DNA of 63,087 bases, filler included, from Octopus bimaculoides (taxonomy: Eukaryota): assembly GCF_001194135.2 (NCBI RefSeq). It is 4 parts of 4 records of this genome, joined end to end, with 100 filler letters (N's around TTAATTAATTAA, not from the genome) between each part and the next. Parts side by side here need not be neighbours in the genome. Positions count along the whole stretch, not along the records: positions 1 to 29,692 come from NC_068993.1; 3 more parts are not named here. One strand, 5' to 3'. The translations under genes and the position numbers were made by a program. Shown here piece by piece: positions 1 through 12,900 of the stretch. The notes beneath the pieces are model-generated. The model was not told the origin of the DNA. It ran no database searches and saw only the letters and a list, made by a program, of their open reading frames with translations. How positions within the stretch are numbered: the stretch's first letter is position 1; each line of letters begins with the position of its first letter.

Positions 1-70
1 TATATATATATATATTAATATTTTTAAGTTTGTCTAAAGGAGACTACAGCAGCGGTACTGGATATTAATA

Positions 71-550
71 GTTATCGCCAAGCCAACATGGCAGTCAAAA
101 ATAGAACGAATGCTGCCGTTGATTAGCTCCAAAGGCCATCGCCACTAGCTAGCTATGTGACACACGAACCTGTGTCCATTATAACTTTCGAACAGTACTG
201 GTCAGCCGCTTCCCGTAGTCTCCCTAAGAGAGACTTAGAAATATTAATATTTCTATTTTTGAAAACCAGTGCATATATTCCACAGAATTTAGGTAAATAA
301 TCCTTCGTACAGACGGTCAATAGCGACGCCTGCTGCGTTCAGCTGCTCTACTTTGATAAGGGGCGAACCCCCTGAAACTAGTCTGTAGATGCAAGACCAG
401 CAAGGGAAAGCGGCTGACCTCCCCTGTTCGAAGGTTATAATGGACAGAGGTTCGTGTGTCACATAGCTAGCCAGAGGAGATGACCTCTTGGAGCTAATCA
501 ATGGTAGCATTCGTCCTGTTTTTGGACTGCCATGTTGGCTTGGCGATACC
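71..550. mobile_element. MITE-like/fold-back element with ~145-bp terminal inverted repeats and an internal hammerhead motif
   Basis: Arm 71-214 (gttatcgccaagccaacatggcagtc...ggtcagccgcttccc) is the near-perfect reverse complement of 404-550 (gggaaagcggctgacc...gactgccatgttggcttggcgatacc). TA lies on both sides (69-70, 551-552). A diverged second copy is at 57727-58045. Confidence 0.9.
347..389 (+). ncRNA. Minimal type I hammerhead ribozyme motif, U3:A8 variant
   Basis: tctac-t [TTGATAA] GGGG cgaacc CCCT [GAAA] C ta GT [C] t-gtaga. Stem I is 5 bp, stem II is 4 bp with a G.U base pair, stem III ACTAGT is palindromic, and the cleavage triplet is GUC. The fold is conserved in the second copy. 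Confidence 0.7.
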
Positions 551-3500
551 TATTAATATATATATCTGTGTATGTATATATGCGCTCATATATGCATATG
601 TTGTAATATGTTGCAGAAATTGCCTCAAGTAAAAACCCTTCTCCTAATAGACGTTATACGTAAACACACTCTCTGGTTATGAATGACGTCATAGGACCCT
701 AGGAAGTATACGTTTTTGCATCATTATATACTTTCACTTTTACTTTCATTTCAGTTGTTAAACTGCAGCCATGCTGGGGTGTCATCTAGACACACACACA
801 CACATGCGCACACAGCTCTATGTACACACACACACTCACACACACACACACACGCACGCACGCACACACACACANNNNNNNNNNNNNNNNNNNNNNNNNN
901 NNNNNNNNNNNNNNNNNNNNNNNNNNNNNNNNNNNNNNNNNNNNNNNNNTAGAGAGAGAGAGAGAGAGAAAGATATGCATATATTTGAGTCGCACAACAA
1001 ATAATTATATAGTATTCCAAACGTATTCTTTTACATCCTAAATGAGCATTGTGAGGTGGTCTGATTCGCACGTTAGCCTAAATTCAACTCGGTTGAACTC
1101 CAGTGGTAGAGAGGTCATTTAGTACAATACTCAAAACAACCCAAAACAGGATTATATGTTCATAAACTAAATGTTTTATGAACAATCTCTTCTGTTTTCT
1201 TTCGCTTTTATCTATTTCCCCTTCTCACTCTCTCCGTGTAAAAATATTGATATATATATGAAATATCTATATATCAATTTTATAGAAACATACGCATGGA
1301 AAAACATGCAAACATTCACATTCACACGCACACATACACACCTACAGACACACACACACTCACACACACGCATGCATACATACGCACGCGTGTGCGCCCA
1401 TGATATTGGCTAAGATCCAATTGAAATGATACTTCTTTATCTGTTTGCATCCAAAGTGTCACATATCACATAGTAATTCAATAAAACGAAGTGCAAATTT
1501 CAGTTTATTTCGTATTTGCATTCTTATTTAATTCTCTTTATATATACGTTTTCAATTTTTCTGATTAAATATTTACCTTTACTCTTGATAAATGCATTTC
1601 TCCATTTAACTAGACAAATATATTGTTTTCTTTTTTTTCTGAGAAAATTTTATCGTTCTGTTTAAATATTCAACTCCTTTTCTTCATACATATTTTGTTT
1701 GCCATGAACAAACTAAATGCAATTTGCTGTATGTGAATATATGGTTTCTCAATTTTCTGAAGTAATCTTAAGTTAATTTTCTAAGGTCAACTACTTCACA
1801 AAATATAATAAATATGTATTTAAACATCTAGAGAAGTTAGAGACTATCAAGCAGCTATTTCATGAACTGCCATTTCATAAAGGTCAGCGTACAGAAGCGA
1901 TTCGAAGTTTCCATAAGCAAACTAGGATTTATGAATACAGATAAATTTAAGTTTATCATGAAATATTTATTTGCATAATTATTCGTTCTAGCTTAGAGAA
2001 TTCATAACCATAACGGAGTATATCAAATTCCACGACGTTTATGATGACATATCAACAGAATTAACATTCTCATAGCGATTAATGTCTCGGTTACTCTATG
2101 TAAGGATTTCTTTTATCTTTTAAATAAGTACTATTGGATTTGAATATTTTGTTTGCTGTTTTTTTTAATCAACGGAAATAGAAAAATAATCTTGCCCTAT
2201 TTTTACAATCGGCTACATACAAATAAATCAAGCACATATAGAAGGAAAGAAAAAACAACGAAATAAAGAAGAAACGTAACAAAGAAAGGAGAGAAATACA
2301 GAAAGATAGAAAGAGTGGCAAAAAATGGCAGAAAGGAGAAAATCAAATAAAGTAAAAGGAAAAAGAAATGAAAGAAAGAGGGGAGATGAATAGAGAAATA
2401 GAGATTGAAAGAATGTGTCATGAGTGATAGAAAATGAGTAAAGGCAAAACACTGTGCACAAATCATAAGATGAGATGCTAACAACTTTGAAAATTACTAG
2501 AGTTTTCAAAAATTACAGACTTTTGGAGGAGAGAAGTGACATAGTGAGTCAACACTACATAAATTGTTCCCATGTCAGCACTGAAAGACAAAGTGCAGTG
2601 CGACTTGTATTTATTCTTAGTTTATATTATTCTCAGAATTGTATTTCTGTACCAACCAACTTGATCAGACACTCTGTTGAAAGTTAGAGAATTGCATTGT
2701 AACAGTCATTTTAGTCATTTCATAGTAGCGAAAACTATGAAGTTAATGTCAAATTTTTATGTTCTAATGCGTCAATGATCAGGTAGCACCGATGCGACAA
2801 ATGTGACACCTCATGACAATTTTGTCTGTTATCACATGACAGGGACTGGATTTTCTAAGATGTTAATTGTTTATGATATTTTTATTTATTTTTATCCACA
2901 TGCCAATTGCTATACATGTTGAATAATAGCGATGCACTGAGCAATTATATAGAGTTAACATCCCTAGCAAACAGCCAACTGTATGTAGTTAAGATTATTG
3001 TCCAGAACAGTTAAGGTTGCAAACTGGCAGAATCGTTTGCACGCTGTACAGTACTTAACGGTGTTTCATGTCTCTTTACGTTTTAACTTCGAAGTCTTCC
3101 ATTTTCGATTATGCTTTTCACTTTTTAGAGTCGATAAAATAAGTGTCAGTCGAGCAATTGGAGTCTATGTAATCTTCTAGCAATTTCTTCGAAGATTTCA
3201 AGCCCTGTGACTATAGTAGAAAGGATTATTTAAAGCAGTGCTTTTCACAGTGGGTGGTACTGCTCCACTGAGAGACAGTGGAACTAGGAAACAGATAAGG
3301 CAGTAGGAATAGGGAACAGACGCTTCTATACAGTTCCTCTAGTGCTTGATCATTATTTAAATATTGACTTTTACAACATTTTAAAAGCAATGAAATTGTT
3401 TGCCACGTTCACAGCAACAACAATAAGAACAGCCACATCTGCAATAATAATAGGTTTCAAAATGTCGATAAGTAAATAAATAAAAGCGGATATGTGCCAA

Positions 3501-4624
3501 CAATAATAATAGTATTCATTATAATATTGTGGCATTGAGGTAAGTCATCCACATGAAACTATACTACTCTGGCCTGATATTACATGTATATACATAAAAT
3601 AATGGATCAGGGTGTTAGAATCGTAGCAAAATACGAGTAAAAAAGAGCGGAGTGCGATAGTTAAAAAAATTGAGAAGTATCGGTTTAGGGTTTTACAGAT
3701 GAAGTGCCTTTACTCCCAGTAATAGAGAGCAATTCAATATGAATGAAATACGCTGGCAATAACTTTACTTATTGAACATCATGTGGATAACATCTAAGAA
3801 ATTCTTAATCTGTAAAATAAATTTACTTGTTCAAAAAAAAAAAAAGCACAGGAATGATCATGAAAGCGTTATCGACTTCAGAAGTAACCTATGACGTCAT
3901 ATTTCTTTTAGTCAGTACTGTTATGCACCAACAGCTCACACAGGGCTGCAAAATTTTATAGATTCATATATGTTTTATGCATATGCTACATTTCAAAAAG
4001 GCTCTGACACCGATTTCATTAAATTATGTCTTCCTATCAATATTCCGAAAATATAGACCTTATTAAAATGCTTGTTCGCCTGCATACATATAGTTAAATC
4101 GAATGAGTATAACGAGATTAAAATCAGAGAAGCTAAAGAAACTTCTACAAGGAAATTATTTCTAAAGGGAAGATACAAGAATATATTGAACATTCCTTGT
4201 CTAAAGATAGCTGGTTTTATTATGTAGAGTAGGAACAATAATAGGTACCAATGTTTTGGTAACTCGCCAAAATATTTAATTCGTGTATATACAATTTCGT
4301 CTTTGCATGTAAATAATTTATATCCAGCAGACATAATGTTTATATTTATGTTCGAAGCACTTCGACTTTTCAAATAAACACAATATTTAGCTTTTTTTTA
4401 CTTTCTACGTATTTCTAATTGTAGTGTTTTCAGTGTTGTTACTTCTATAACAAATTAATAACTTCGCAGCTAATACCAACATCTCCGCTACCTGTCCTTA
4501 ACCTCCATAATAATCACTGTTATCAGTACTAACAACACAGACCTTAACATAAAACAACGCCACCATAGACACCATCAACACCATTACACTACAGCAATAC
4601 TATCACTCTCATCCGTATCACCAT

Positions 4625-4745
4625 TGCCACTAGCACACTTGCAACACGATCATCGTCGTCGTCATCATCACCATCATCATCATCTTCATCATCAGCATCA
4701 TCATCATCATCATAATCATCATCATAATCATCATCACACCCATCA
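4625..4745. repeat. (CAT/CGT)n trinucleotide low-complexity tract
   Basis: Visible catcatcat run; it explains the poly-Asp stretch of ORF 4589-4966. Confidence 0.9.
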
Positions 4746-4799
4746 GCAACAATATTCTCATGAGCACCACTTTTAGCAGCATGAAATGCTACGTAACCA

Positions 4800-4930
4800 G
4801 CTAGAATTCGGATATCTACCGCAAAAGAATACCCTACCGTCTTATTAAAAGGGAAACACGTCGGATAACGCAGTCCTAGATACACTATATCTGATAAAGA
4901 TGGGGTGATAATGACTGGAACATCTTTGGT
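4800..4930. repeat. Dispersed repeat fragment (SINE/LINE 3'-tail-like family)
   Basis: ctagaatt...taccctaccgtcttattaaaaggg...ggataacgcagtcctagatacac resembles 18193-18320 (ctgctagaaat...accctaccattttagg...gataatgtagtttagacac) and 55940-56005. Confidence 0.5.
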
Positions 4931-5213
4931 AAGAATAGGGGTTAATATGATGCGAAACAACAACAATCAGCCGAAGTACTTTCACCAACATTATCGCTTT
5001 CATTGTCTTTACTGAGTTAACACTGGATACGCCAGGTGGTCAAAAAAATGTTATAAATCAATCAGTTAAAATCCTGCTTAATCAAAACAACAACATTGTC
5101 ATCACCAAAACTAATACCATATAGAAATCCTTACATTTCCATAACCCTCAACGTCTTCAGTCTTATTATTGACAATATCATCTCAGCCATCACTAATATT
5201 TCCAGGGCCAGTG

Positions 5214-5412
5214 AAGACAGCGAGCTGAGTTGTTAGAACACAGGGCAAAATGTTTATCCTGCATTTCGTCCGTTTTTGTATGTTCTTAGTTCAAATTTCG
5301 CCGAGGTCGGTTTTGTCCTTCATCCTTTGGGATTCGATAAAACAAGTACGTGTCGAGTACTAGAGTCGATCTAATCTACTTATCAGGCCTTGTGTCAAAA
5401 TTTGAAACTAAT
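5214..5412 (+). mobile_element. tRNA-derived SINE, family S1
   Basis: Head gcgagctg...gttag, B-box-like agttcaaattt, core gccgaggtcg..ttt..ccttcatccttt.ggg.tcgataaa.aagtac. The same core is at 49420-49815 (+), 31585-31712 (-) and 28015-28157 (-). Confidence 0.85.
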
Positions 5413-8400
5413 ATTTCCAAGGACATTACTACCAATAACACAAGAATTTTCGTTAAAATTATTATAATTATCATTAATACACTAAATATCAGTATACCAC
5501 TAATTTCACCATTGGTATCTATATTATCAGTATAGGAACTATCGGAGTGAAGATTGTGACATGGAACGCAGACAAGAACTCTTTGTGGACTATGTCATGC
5601 AACGCACTGATGTTACTACATTGGGGCAACAGCAAAGCTTTTCAAATATCTTAATATCGCTGCCAATCGCAAATACTGACACCATTTTGCTTTATGTCCA
5701 ACAACACCAGATATATTTTACCCTTTTTTGTTCTTATGATAAACAAAGTTTAAGATAAATAACTATGCGTTAAAGTAGTTAATAAATGGAATATAATGTA
5801 TGAGATATAGCAAATGAAATTGCATGGGTACAACTTTCGACATTGTAATATCCTTGTAAAAGCAACAGGCGAGACATAAGTCATAGAAAGGGGAGATCTT
5901 GTTCAAGCTATGGCTTGTTGAAGGGACAAGGAGAGAGTTTGAGATACGTCCATAAAGAGTGAAAGATACGTTCAGAATGACGTTGAACTTGCAACTGACG
6001 ATCAAATAGATGTGTTGAATTATCCCGTACGTATAAATGTATGCATACATATATACGAGCACGCGCGTGCGTACTCGCGCGCGCGCGCACTCACACACAC
6101 ACACATACACACACACATATACACACACACATATACACACACACATATACACACACACATATAAACATAATCGGTCTGGATACAGAATAAACTAATAGTG
6201 GCAAACAAAAATGTAACGCTCTCAAGTGATGATTGTTTCCTGAATATCAAAAGAAACGTTTGCCTTGAAGCAAATACAAATTATATAAGTGGACATGTCC
6301 AAGTAATTTAGATAATTCGATTCCTTATTATTATTGATGATAATAATAATAATATCAATAATAATAATAATTTCTATTTATTCTAGCTTCATCTGAAAAT
6401 TATAGAAATGATAACTATATTTACCTAGAGGTGAATAAGTAATAATATTACTCTACGAATTCTATTCCAACAGATCTACTGATAACATAACACTTTTTTT
6501 TTTGCATCAACACTAAATTGTCTTGATTCCGTGATAAAACTCAGGAAGCACTTGTTAAAGCGATATCGATGAAAATATCTGGGAAATAATCTCCAGTTGT
6601 ATAAAATACAACTTGGCATATCTATGTGATTAACTGACTTCCCTTTGGGTCAGCGTACAACAAACGACTCTCAAATCAAATTCTTCTTGCTTTTGGACCA
6701 TTTCCAAGTAGGATCTCGTAAATTTTATCACGCGCAGTCAACTTATTTTGCCTCATCGAACACCAATAAATTTCTACCAAACCTTTATTTTTTTGCATTA
6801 CTCATTATTTTAGTCAGCTATTCCCCACAAAATTTTTCCTCTTTACTTTACTAAAACTCTATTCAAGATATCTACACGATTTTCATCTTGTTTCCTTTTA
6901 ATTTAATCTACTCCGATGCACAAGTATTTATTTTATAGCGCCGTGGGTCAGATTGAACAAAGCTATTCAGCTTAACACCTATTTCGCTTTTTTTTTTTCA
7001 TTTTATATTTTGTTCCCTCCCCACTTCTCTTCTAAACCCAACAGCAGAAACTGATCTGTACTGACCACAGCATTTGCATATATTTACATACGCGAGAATT
7101 AAACGGAACTGAGTCAGTAAGGTACTGTTCCTTCTCCCAACTGACATCTTAATAATTTATATAACTGTTTCAAATTTAGGCATGAGGCTAGCAATATAAT
7201 GGGAAGGGTGCTTGTCGGTTACAGTGACTTCTGTATTTTCCTACGTGTATCAACAACGAAGGAATAAAAAGCAACGTTAACCACTGCTGGATTTGAGCCG
7301 GAAGAAGTACATTGAAATGATCATCCGACTTGTAGTGGTTTTATAGCAAAAACATTTAACTCTTGCTGGTAAAGTTTATTATATCCACACAATAAGAAAC
7401 CATCAAAATCAGAGTTGTTTAAATGCATATTTAAGTGTGTATGTATAATATATACACAAATACATACACGCTTTATACACACTCACACACATACACACAC
7501 AGACACACACACTTTAGTATATCTGTGAATATAACAGCACCTCTTCAAATCTAGGATCCAGGAAACCATTTTATCTCTGAAATAAGTTATTAATTTCTGT
7601 GAGGTGAAATATTTTCTGGTTATTTAAACAAAGGGTGCTTTTTATGATGCAGTTTTTTACTAGTTTACGAATGTGCAACTGTCAAGAAATATCTTTAGTA
7701 CTACTGTTCAAGCCTAACACTTGTTGTGACATTTTTGGTTCTATTTTCGAGTTACTTGTTCAGGGAAACAAGATTGGCTACACCATATTGCAGGATGCGT
7801 TCGAGGCATAAGAGTCACACGACGACAAAGAAAAATACTCTCTTATGCATTCTTCTGTTATTCCCCAGACAAAATAGAAATATTTTATGTTAAGTAAGTT
7901 ATCGAACAAATAGTGAAACACGATTACATTCAGCTCATTTTTGTACTTAGGTAGGACCTGCGAGCAAACATTCCACTTGATCTGTCCTTCTCCTCTTCCT
8001 CCTCCTTCTTTCATTCTACCTGTTTCTTTTCCTTCTATTTCTTCTCTTCTGCTTTCTAATTCACTTTCTCCTTTCTTTCTTTCATTCTTCTTTTTTCTCT
8101 ACTCTAGTATTCCTTTTTCTCCTTTTATCGTTTATATAGTAACCAACTCACTCTCACCCATGCACGAGCTCTTATGTGTATATTTTCCCTTCAACTATTA
8201 ACGACTTTCAAATATATAAGAGGAATGTCTCCGCGTGTAGACTTCAATATTTCTACACATTATCACCTCTATGATGCAATGCTTTCTTCAATTTTAAACC
8301 ACAGCACAACAAAATTTAACTCTCAATTTAGCATACATTTAAAAAAAAATATGATACCAGTAATATAAAAGGTATTTAGTAAATAACATCTGCTTACTTT

Positions 8401-8989
8401 CCGTACAGAAATATTCGATTTTTGACTATGTTAGAATCAATATAAATTTATTTTAAAATTAAAACTTTGAGCAAAAATTTATGAGTTTTTAACATGAAAA
8501 TTATCGATTATTTCAATAGAATTTTACCAAAATAGAATATTAACTTTATCCTCTCACAGAAGAGAACAATTGATCATTGTGTTGCTAGTTACGCGTAACA
8601 GTAATGGTACCATTGGCAGAATATTCAACGCTATTTTAATCTTCGAAGTATTTCGTTGTCGAGGTTAAAGAAAGAAACTTGCTTATGTAATGAATGATAG
8701 GTGTTCAATATGGCAATTTAAGAAAATATTCATAATTTATAACGTACATCTACGTGTTCGCGATGCAAGTAAATTTTAAAACTCTCTCTCTCTCTTTCTC
8801 TCTCATCTCTCGCTCTCTCTCTCAATCTATCTTTCAGTATATCTTTGTAATGCATCTACATAGGAAAATATCGACATGTCTTTGCTGCATGGCAGTTGAT
8901 ATTTAAAGCATGCTTACAAAAAGATTGCCAGATCAAAAGGGCAGTATCCCAATTCTTTTTGAAGATGGGTAATGTGACCTTGTCATTAG

Positions 8990-9115
8990 TATGTTGCAAT
9001 TACAATCGCAAGATCTTGGTTTCAATTCTCAGAATGGGCGGTACGTTGTGTTCTTGAATAAAACGTTTCATTTAACGTTGTTCCAATCCGCACATCTGTA
9101 AATAAGTAAAAGTAT
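8990..9115 (+). mobile_element. Degenerate SINE, family S2
   Basis: acaatcgcaagatcttggtttcaattc...gttgtgttcttgaataaaacgtttcatttaacgttg aligns loosely with 21295-21380. Confidence 0.5.
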
Positions 9116-9147
9116 GTGTCCTATGCCTTGACATTAATGTTCAGGAG

Positions 9148-9148
9148 T

Positions 9149-9232
<84 letters not shown>

Positions 9233-9250
9233 TAATGACGATGATGATGA
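9148..9250. repeat. Compound (GAT)n(GAC)n microsatellite
   Basis: Directly visible. Confidence 0.95.
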
Positions 9251-9755
9251 ATGTGTACACCTCCAAGTAGCCCAGTTCACCATGCTCTAATTAATACCGT
9301 AGCAGAGGAAGAAATTTCTGCATGAAATAGACGTGCATTAGCCCTTACTGTACATAGCGTGGTAGATTTCTGACTATGAGTTTTACTCTAAATATATGGC
9401 AAACACGTACTTCTCTGGACATCCAAGATATCCATATATTACATTAGTCACATGTCAGCTTGTAATGTCATATATGATACGTAGTATAAGTGCATAATGG
9501 CTTAACGTAATATTTAGATTCTCTTAGACAAGACAATTCCGACTTCTTGTGTGCCATTTTTAGAGTAGACAGTGGGATCTACTATGCTGATGGGGATCTA
9601 ATAAAGGGAGCGGTATCAAGGTTTCTAAGACATTTTTTCCTTCGCTGCTGGCTTCGGGGTAAGATTTTTTTAAAGCGAAGTCTAAGAGAGTGTACATCCT
9701 GCAAAAGAAAACGGATAAGATATAAAACGCAATTCATCAGTCATAATGCATCGCA

Positions 9756-9809
<54 letters not shown>

Positions 9810-10302
9810 GTGTGTGTGTGTGTGTGTTTGTGTGTGTGAGTGTGTGTATTTTCAGTGCCAATTTAGAAGTTGGCCAATGAAAAACACGTTGGATTATCAT
9901 CGGATTATGTGACAGAATTCAAGTTAATTATGCATGAACGCAATCTATATTTAGCTGATTTCACTCATATATTTTTTTCGAGTACAGAATTATTTCCATT
10001 GGCATTTAAGTTTTATGAATAAGGAAATATTTGTATCTACATTCTAAGAAGAAAAGCAGATTTTAATGAAATTTCAGGAATAATTTCCCATCAACTTAAA
10101 CCATTCTCTTATTATTTCTCCATTCTATTCCTATTTATATTCAACAGTTTTATTTTCAATAATTACTATTTCAGTACGTTTTCTATAAGTGGAAATTCCC
10201 TAAGGGTTTTAATTTTGAAATAGAATCGAAAAACAATTCTTGTATTTCGTAAATAATTTATATTTAAATAAACAAAATATTTTTTTTTCAACTTTCTTGC
10301 AG

Positions 10303-10419
10303 GCTTCAGAATAGAAGAGAGATGTATCAAGACTTTCATCACGTTCCAAAAGACAGCATTAATTGATGTCTTCTCAATGTTAATACCAGTCTGCGAATTT
10401 AAACAATCACCTCACAATC
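10303..10419 (+). CDS. Candidate isolated internal exon (117 bp, phase 1-1), host gene unidentified
   Basis: Strong acceptor ttttttttcaactttcttgcag and donor c|gtaagt. One frame is open: (G)FRIEERCIKTFITFQKTALIDVFSMLIPVCEFKQSPHN. No protein family recognised; it could be non-coding or chance. Confidence 0.35.
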
Positions 10420-10518
10420 GTAAGTTCAACACGAAGTACTAAACCACATACCTCTACATGTGGCTTTCATTTCGCTCACTTACTCTCTCCTCTCTTTCTC
10501 TCTCTCTCTCTATCGCTC

Positions 10519-10617
<99 letters not shown>

Positions 10618-11084
10618 NNNNNNNNNNNNNNNNNNNNNNNNNNNNNNNNNNNNNNNNNNNNNNNNNNNNNNNNNNNNNNNNNNNNNNNNNNNNNNNNNNN
10701 NNNNNNNNNNNNNNNNNNNNNNNNNNNNNNNNNNNNNNNNNNNNNNNNNNNNNNNNNNNNNNNNNNNNNNNNNNNNNNNNNNNNNNNNNNNNNNNNNNNN
10801 NNNNNNNNNNNNNNNNNNNNNNNNNNNNNNNNNNNNNNNNNNNNNNNNNNNNNNNNNNNNNNNNNNNNNNNNNNNNNNNNNNNNNNNNNNNNNNNNNNNN
10901 NNNNNNNNNNNNNNNNNNNNNNNNNNNNNNNNNNNNNNNNNNNNNNNNNNNNNNNNNNNNNNNNNNNNNNNNNNNNNNNNNNNNNNNNNNNNNNNNNNNN
11001 NNNNNNNNNNNNNNNNNNNNNNNNNNNNNNNNNNNNNNNNNNNNNNNNNNNNNNNNNNNNNNNNNNNATATATATATATATATA

Positions 11085-12307
11085 CATGTGTTGGACAAAT
11101 TAATGGAAACACCTTAAAATTTCAAATAAATTAATTTTAATATGGGATAGGACCACCTTTGGCAGTAGTTACTGCTTGAATTCTACAAGGTATGGCCTTG
11201 TACGAAGTTTGAATTGTTTCCAAAGGAATTTTTGTCCATTCTTCAGCTAAAACAGTCTCCAGTTCTTGTAGTAATGATGGTGGAGGATATTGACCCCTTA
11301 CTTGTTTTTCTAAAATTCACTGTAAATGTTCAATAATACTGAGATCTGGGGACTGTGGTGGCCAGATAAGATATTTAACTACACTAGAATGTGCTTCGTG
11401 CCATTCAGTTACAACTTTAGCGGTGTAACTTGGTGCATTATCATCCTGAAAGATTGTGTTTCTTTCCAGAAACAGTTCCGCAACCATTTGATCAGATAAA
11501 ATGCTTAAATAATCTTGACTATAAATTCTGCCATGAAAGAAAACCATTAGACTGGCGGATTTCCAAGACATAGCCACTCCCCCGATCTTCACAGATCCTC
11601 CTCCCTATTTAACAGTTGCAAGAAGACAGTCTGGGTCAAATGTTTCTTTTGGCTGTCTCCACACGTTTACCTGGCCGGTGGTCGGAAACAAGGTAAAGGA
11701 TGAGAAAATAACATTCTCCCGCTGCTCTAGGGACCAATTCTGTAGGTTTTTACTCCACTCTAAACGCTTTGCAACGTTTGTTTTTGAAAGTAGAGGTTTT
11801 CTGATTGCAGCCCTCCCGTGAAATCTGACTTTGTGCAGCTCCCGGCGAATAGTTTTTGTGGAAACTGGGTTCTCGAGGTGGTCATTAAACTCTTCAGTAA
11901 TTTCGAGATCTGTACTTTTGTGATCCTTTCTAATAATTCGTGTAAGAATCCGATGGTCCCTATCTGAAAATTTTGGTTTTCTTCGGGAGTTTTGTTTCGA
12001 CGAGGACGTTTTTTCCCTCTTTCTCAAAGGCTGTCATTACTTTCGAGACAGCACTTCTTGACACAGCAAACATTTCGGTTGTTTTCGTTACGCTAGTGCC
12101 TACCATAGGAGCACCAACAATTTGACATCTTTGAAAGTCAGATAGTTCTGTCATTTTAATGAATTTTAATTACCTTTTTCTGATGATGTCTGAAAAGAAG
12201 CAGCAATTTTAGCAAAACATATTAAACTACACTAATAAGAAATCAAAAATCATAAAAATATATGTCGGTTTTATAGATATTTCAAAATTATGATACTATA
12301 ATGCTAG
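11085..12307 (-). mobile_element. Tc1-family DNA transposon, decayed
   Basis: One terminus ta|catgtgttggacaaattaatggaaacacc follows a (TA)n run at 11085. The other end runs into the 10-N gap at 12308. It contains a fragmented transposase. Confidence 0.9.
11137..12154 (-). pseudogene. Tc1 (DD34E) transposase pseudogene
   Basis: Joined frames give MTELSDFQRCQIVG..., TIRRELHKVRFHGRAAIRKPLLSKTN...RLEW, FQDDNAP, WPPQSPDLSIIEHL, ending YKAIPCRIQAVTTAKGGPIPY*. It carries frameshifts and stops, and the usual SDES motif is reduced to VIFSSFTLF. Confidence 0.92.
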
Positions 12308-12629
12308 NNNNNNNNNNTATATATATATATATATATATATATACTGATCGCATGTATCTATTTGTTCATTTTAACATGTCTACTAAGCTTTTCACTGTTA
12401 GCAAACATACTGAATTGCTAAGGATAATTAAGAAGCTAACCGATTAATGTGTCACGTAATTTATTAGCTGATGGAGCTCATCTAGTACATTGCATTTATC
12501 TTTTTCTTTATTCTGTAATTGCCAGTCTGCAAAGCATATTCTAGTCTCATTTATACTAATAAGAGAAATCGATCAGACCCATATTTCCAAATATTCGTCG
12601 GTTGCATATTTTTCACTTAATTTAGGACC

Positions 12630-12900
12630 GCGAATACAATCGTCATGGTGGAGCCTACAAGTATCCTGGGAGAGCAAACTCAACGTTTCTCAACAGCTAA
12701 AAAGCTCAATATCAGGACTTGATCGATACGGCCTTTGTCAATGGATGGCACGCATCATTTCCTGCTGAATTGAGCTGCCGTGGCTTCGCAGCAGCATTCT
12801 TTCGGCGGAAGAGCGCTCGAAACCCAAACAACTGGAAGTAGATAGGCATGACAGCTGAAACCATTTCAAATTGACTGTGATTGACAAAATGCCACAGATG
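12630..12900 (+). mobile_element. HERO/R2-superfamily LINE restriction-like endonuclease C-terminal fragment
   Basis: Frameshift-corrected translation VMVEPT/VSWESKLNVSQQLKSS/YQDLIDTAFVNGWHASFPAELSCRGFAAAF...IGMTAETISN*L*L. This matches the recalled pattern VELTVPWE...KY.DL...GW...FPVEVGCRGF...AAE.AS.WLW. Confidence 0.65.

Noticed and set aside
1900-1955. Minus-strand CATAA...TTATG GAAAC TTCGAA TC
   Set aside because: Stem II and a partial palindrome are present, but the core (CTGTATT) has three mismatches and stem I is absent.
4589-4966. ORF with a poly-Asp tract
   Set aside because: Produced by the (CAT)n microsatellite plus a repeat fragment.
12799-12828. HHR-like string tttCGGCGGAaGAGCGCTCGAAAC
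   Set aside because: The core has three mismatches, there is no stem III or NUH, and it lies inside the HERO-like coding remnant, which explains the sequence.
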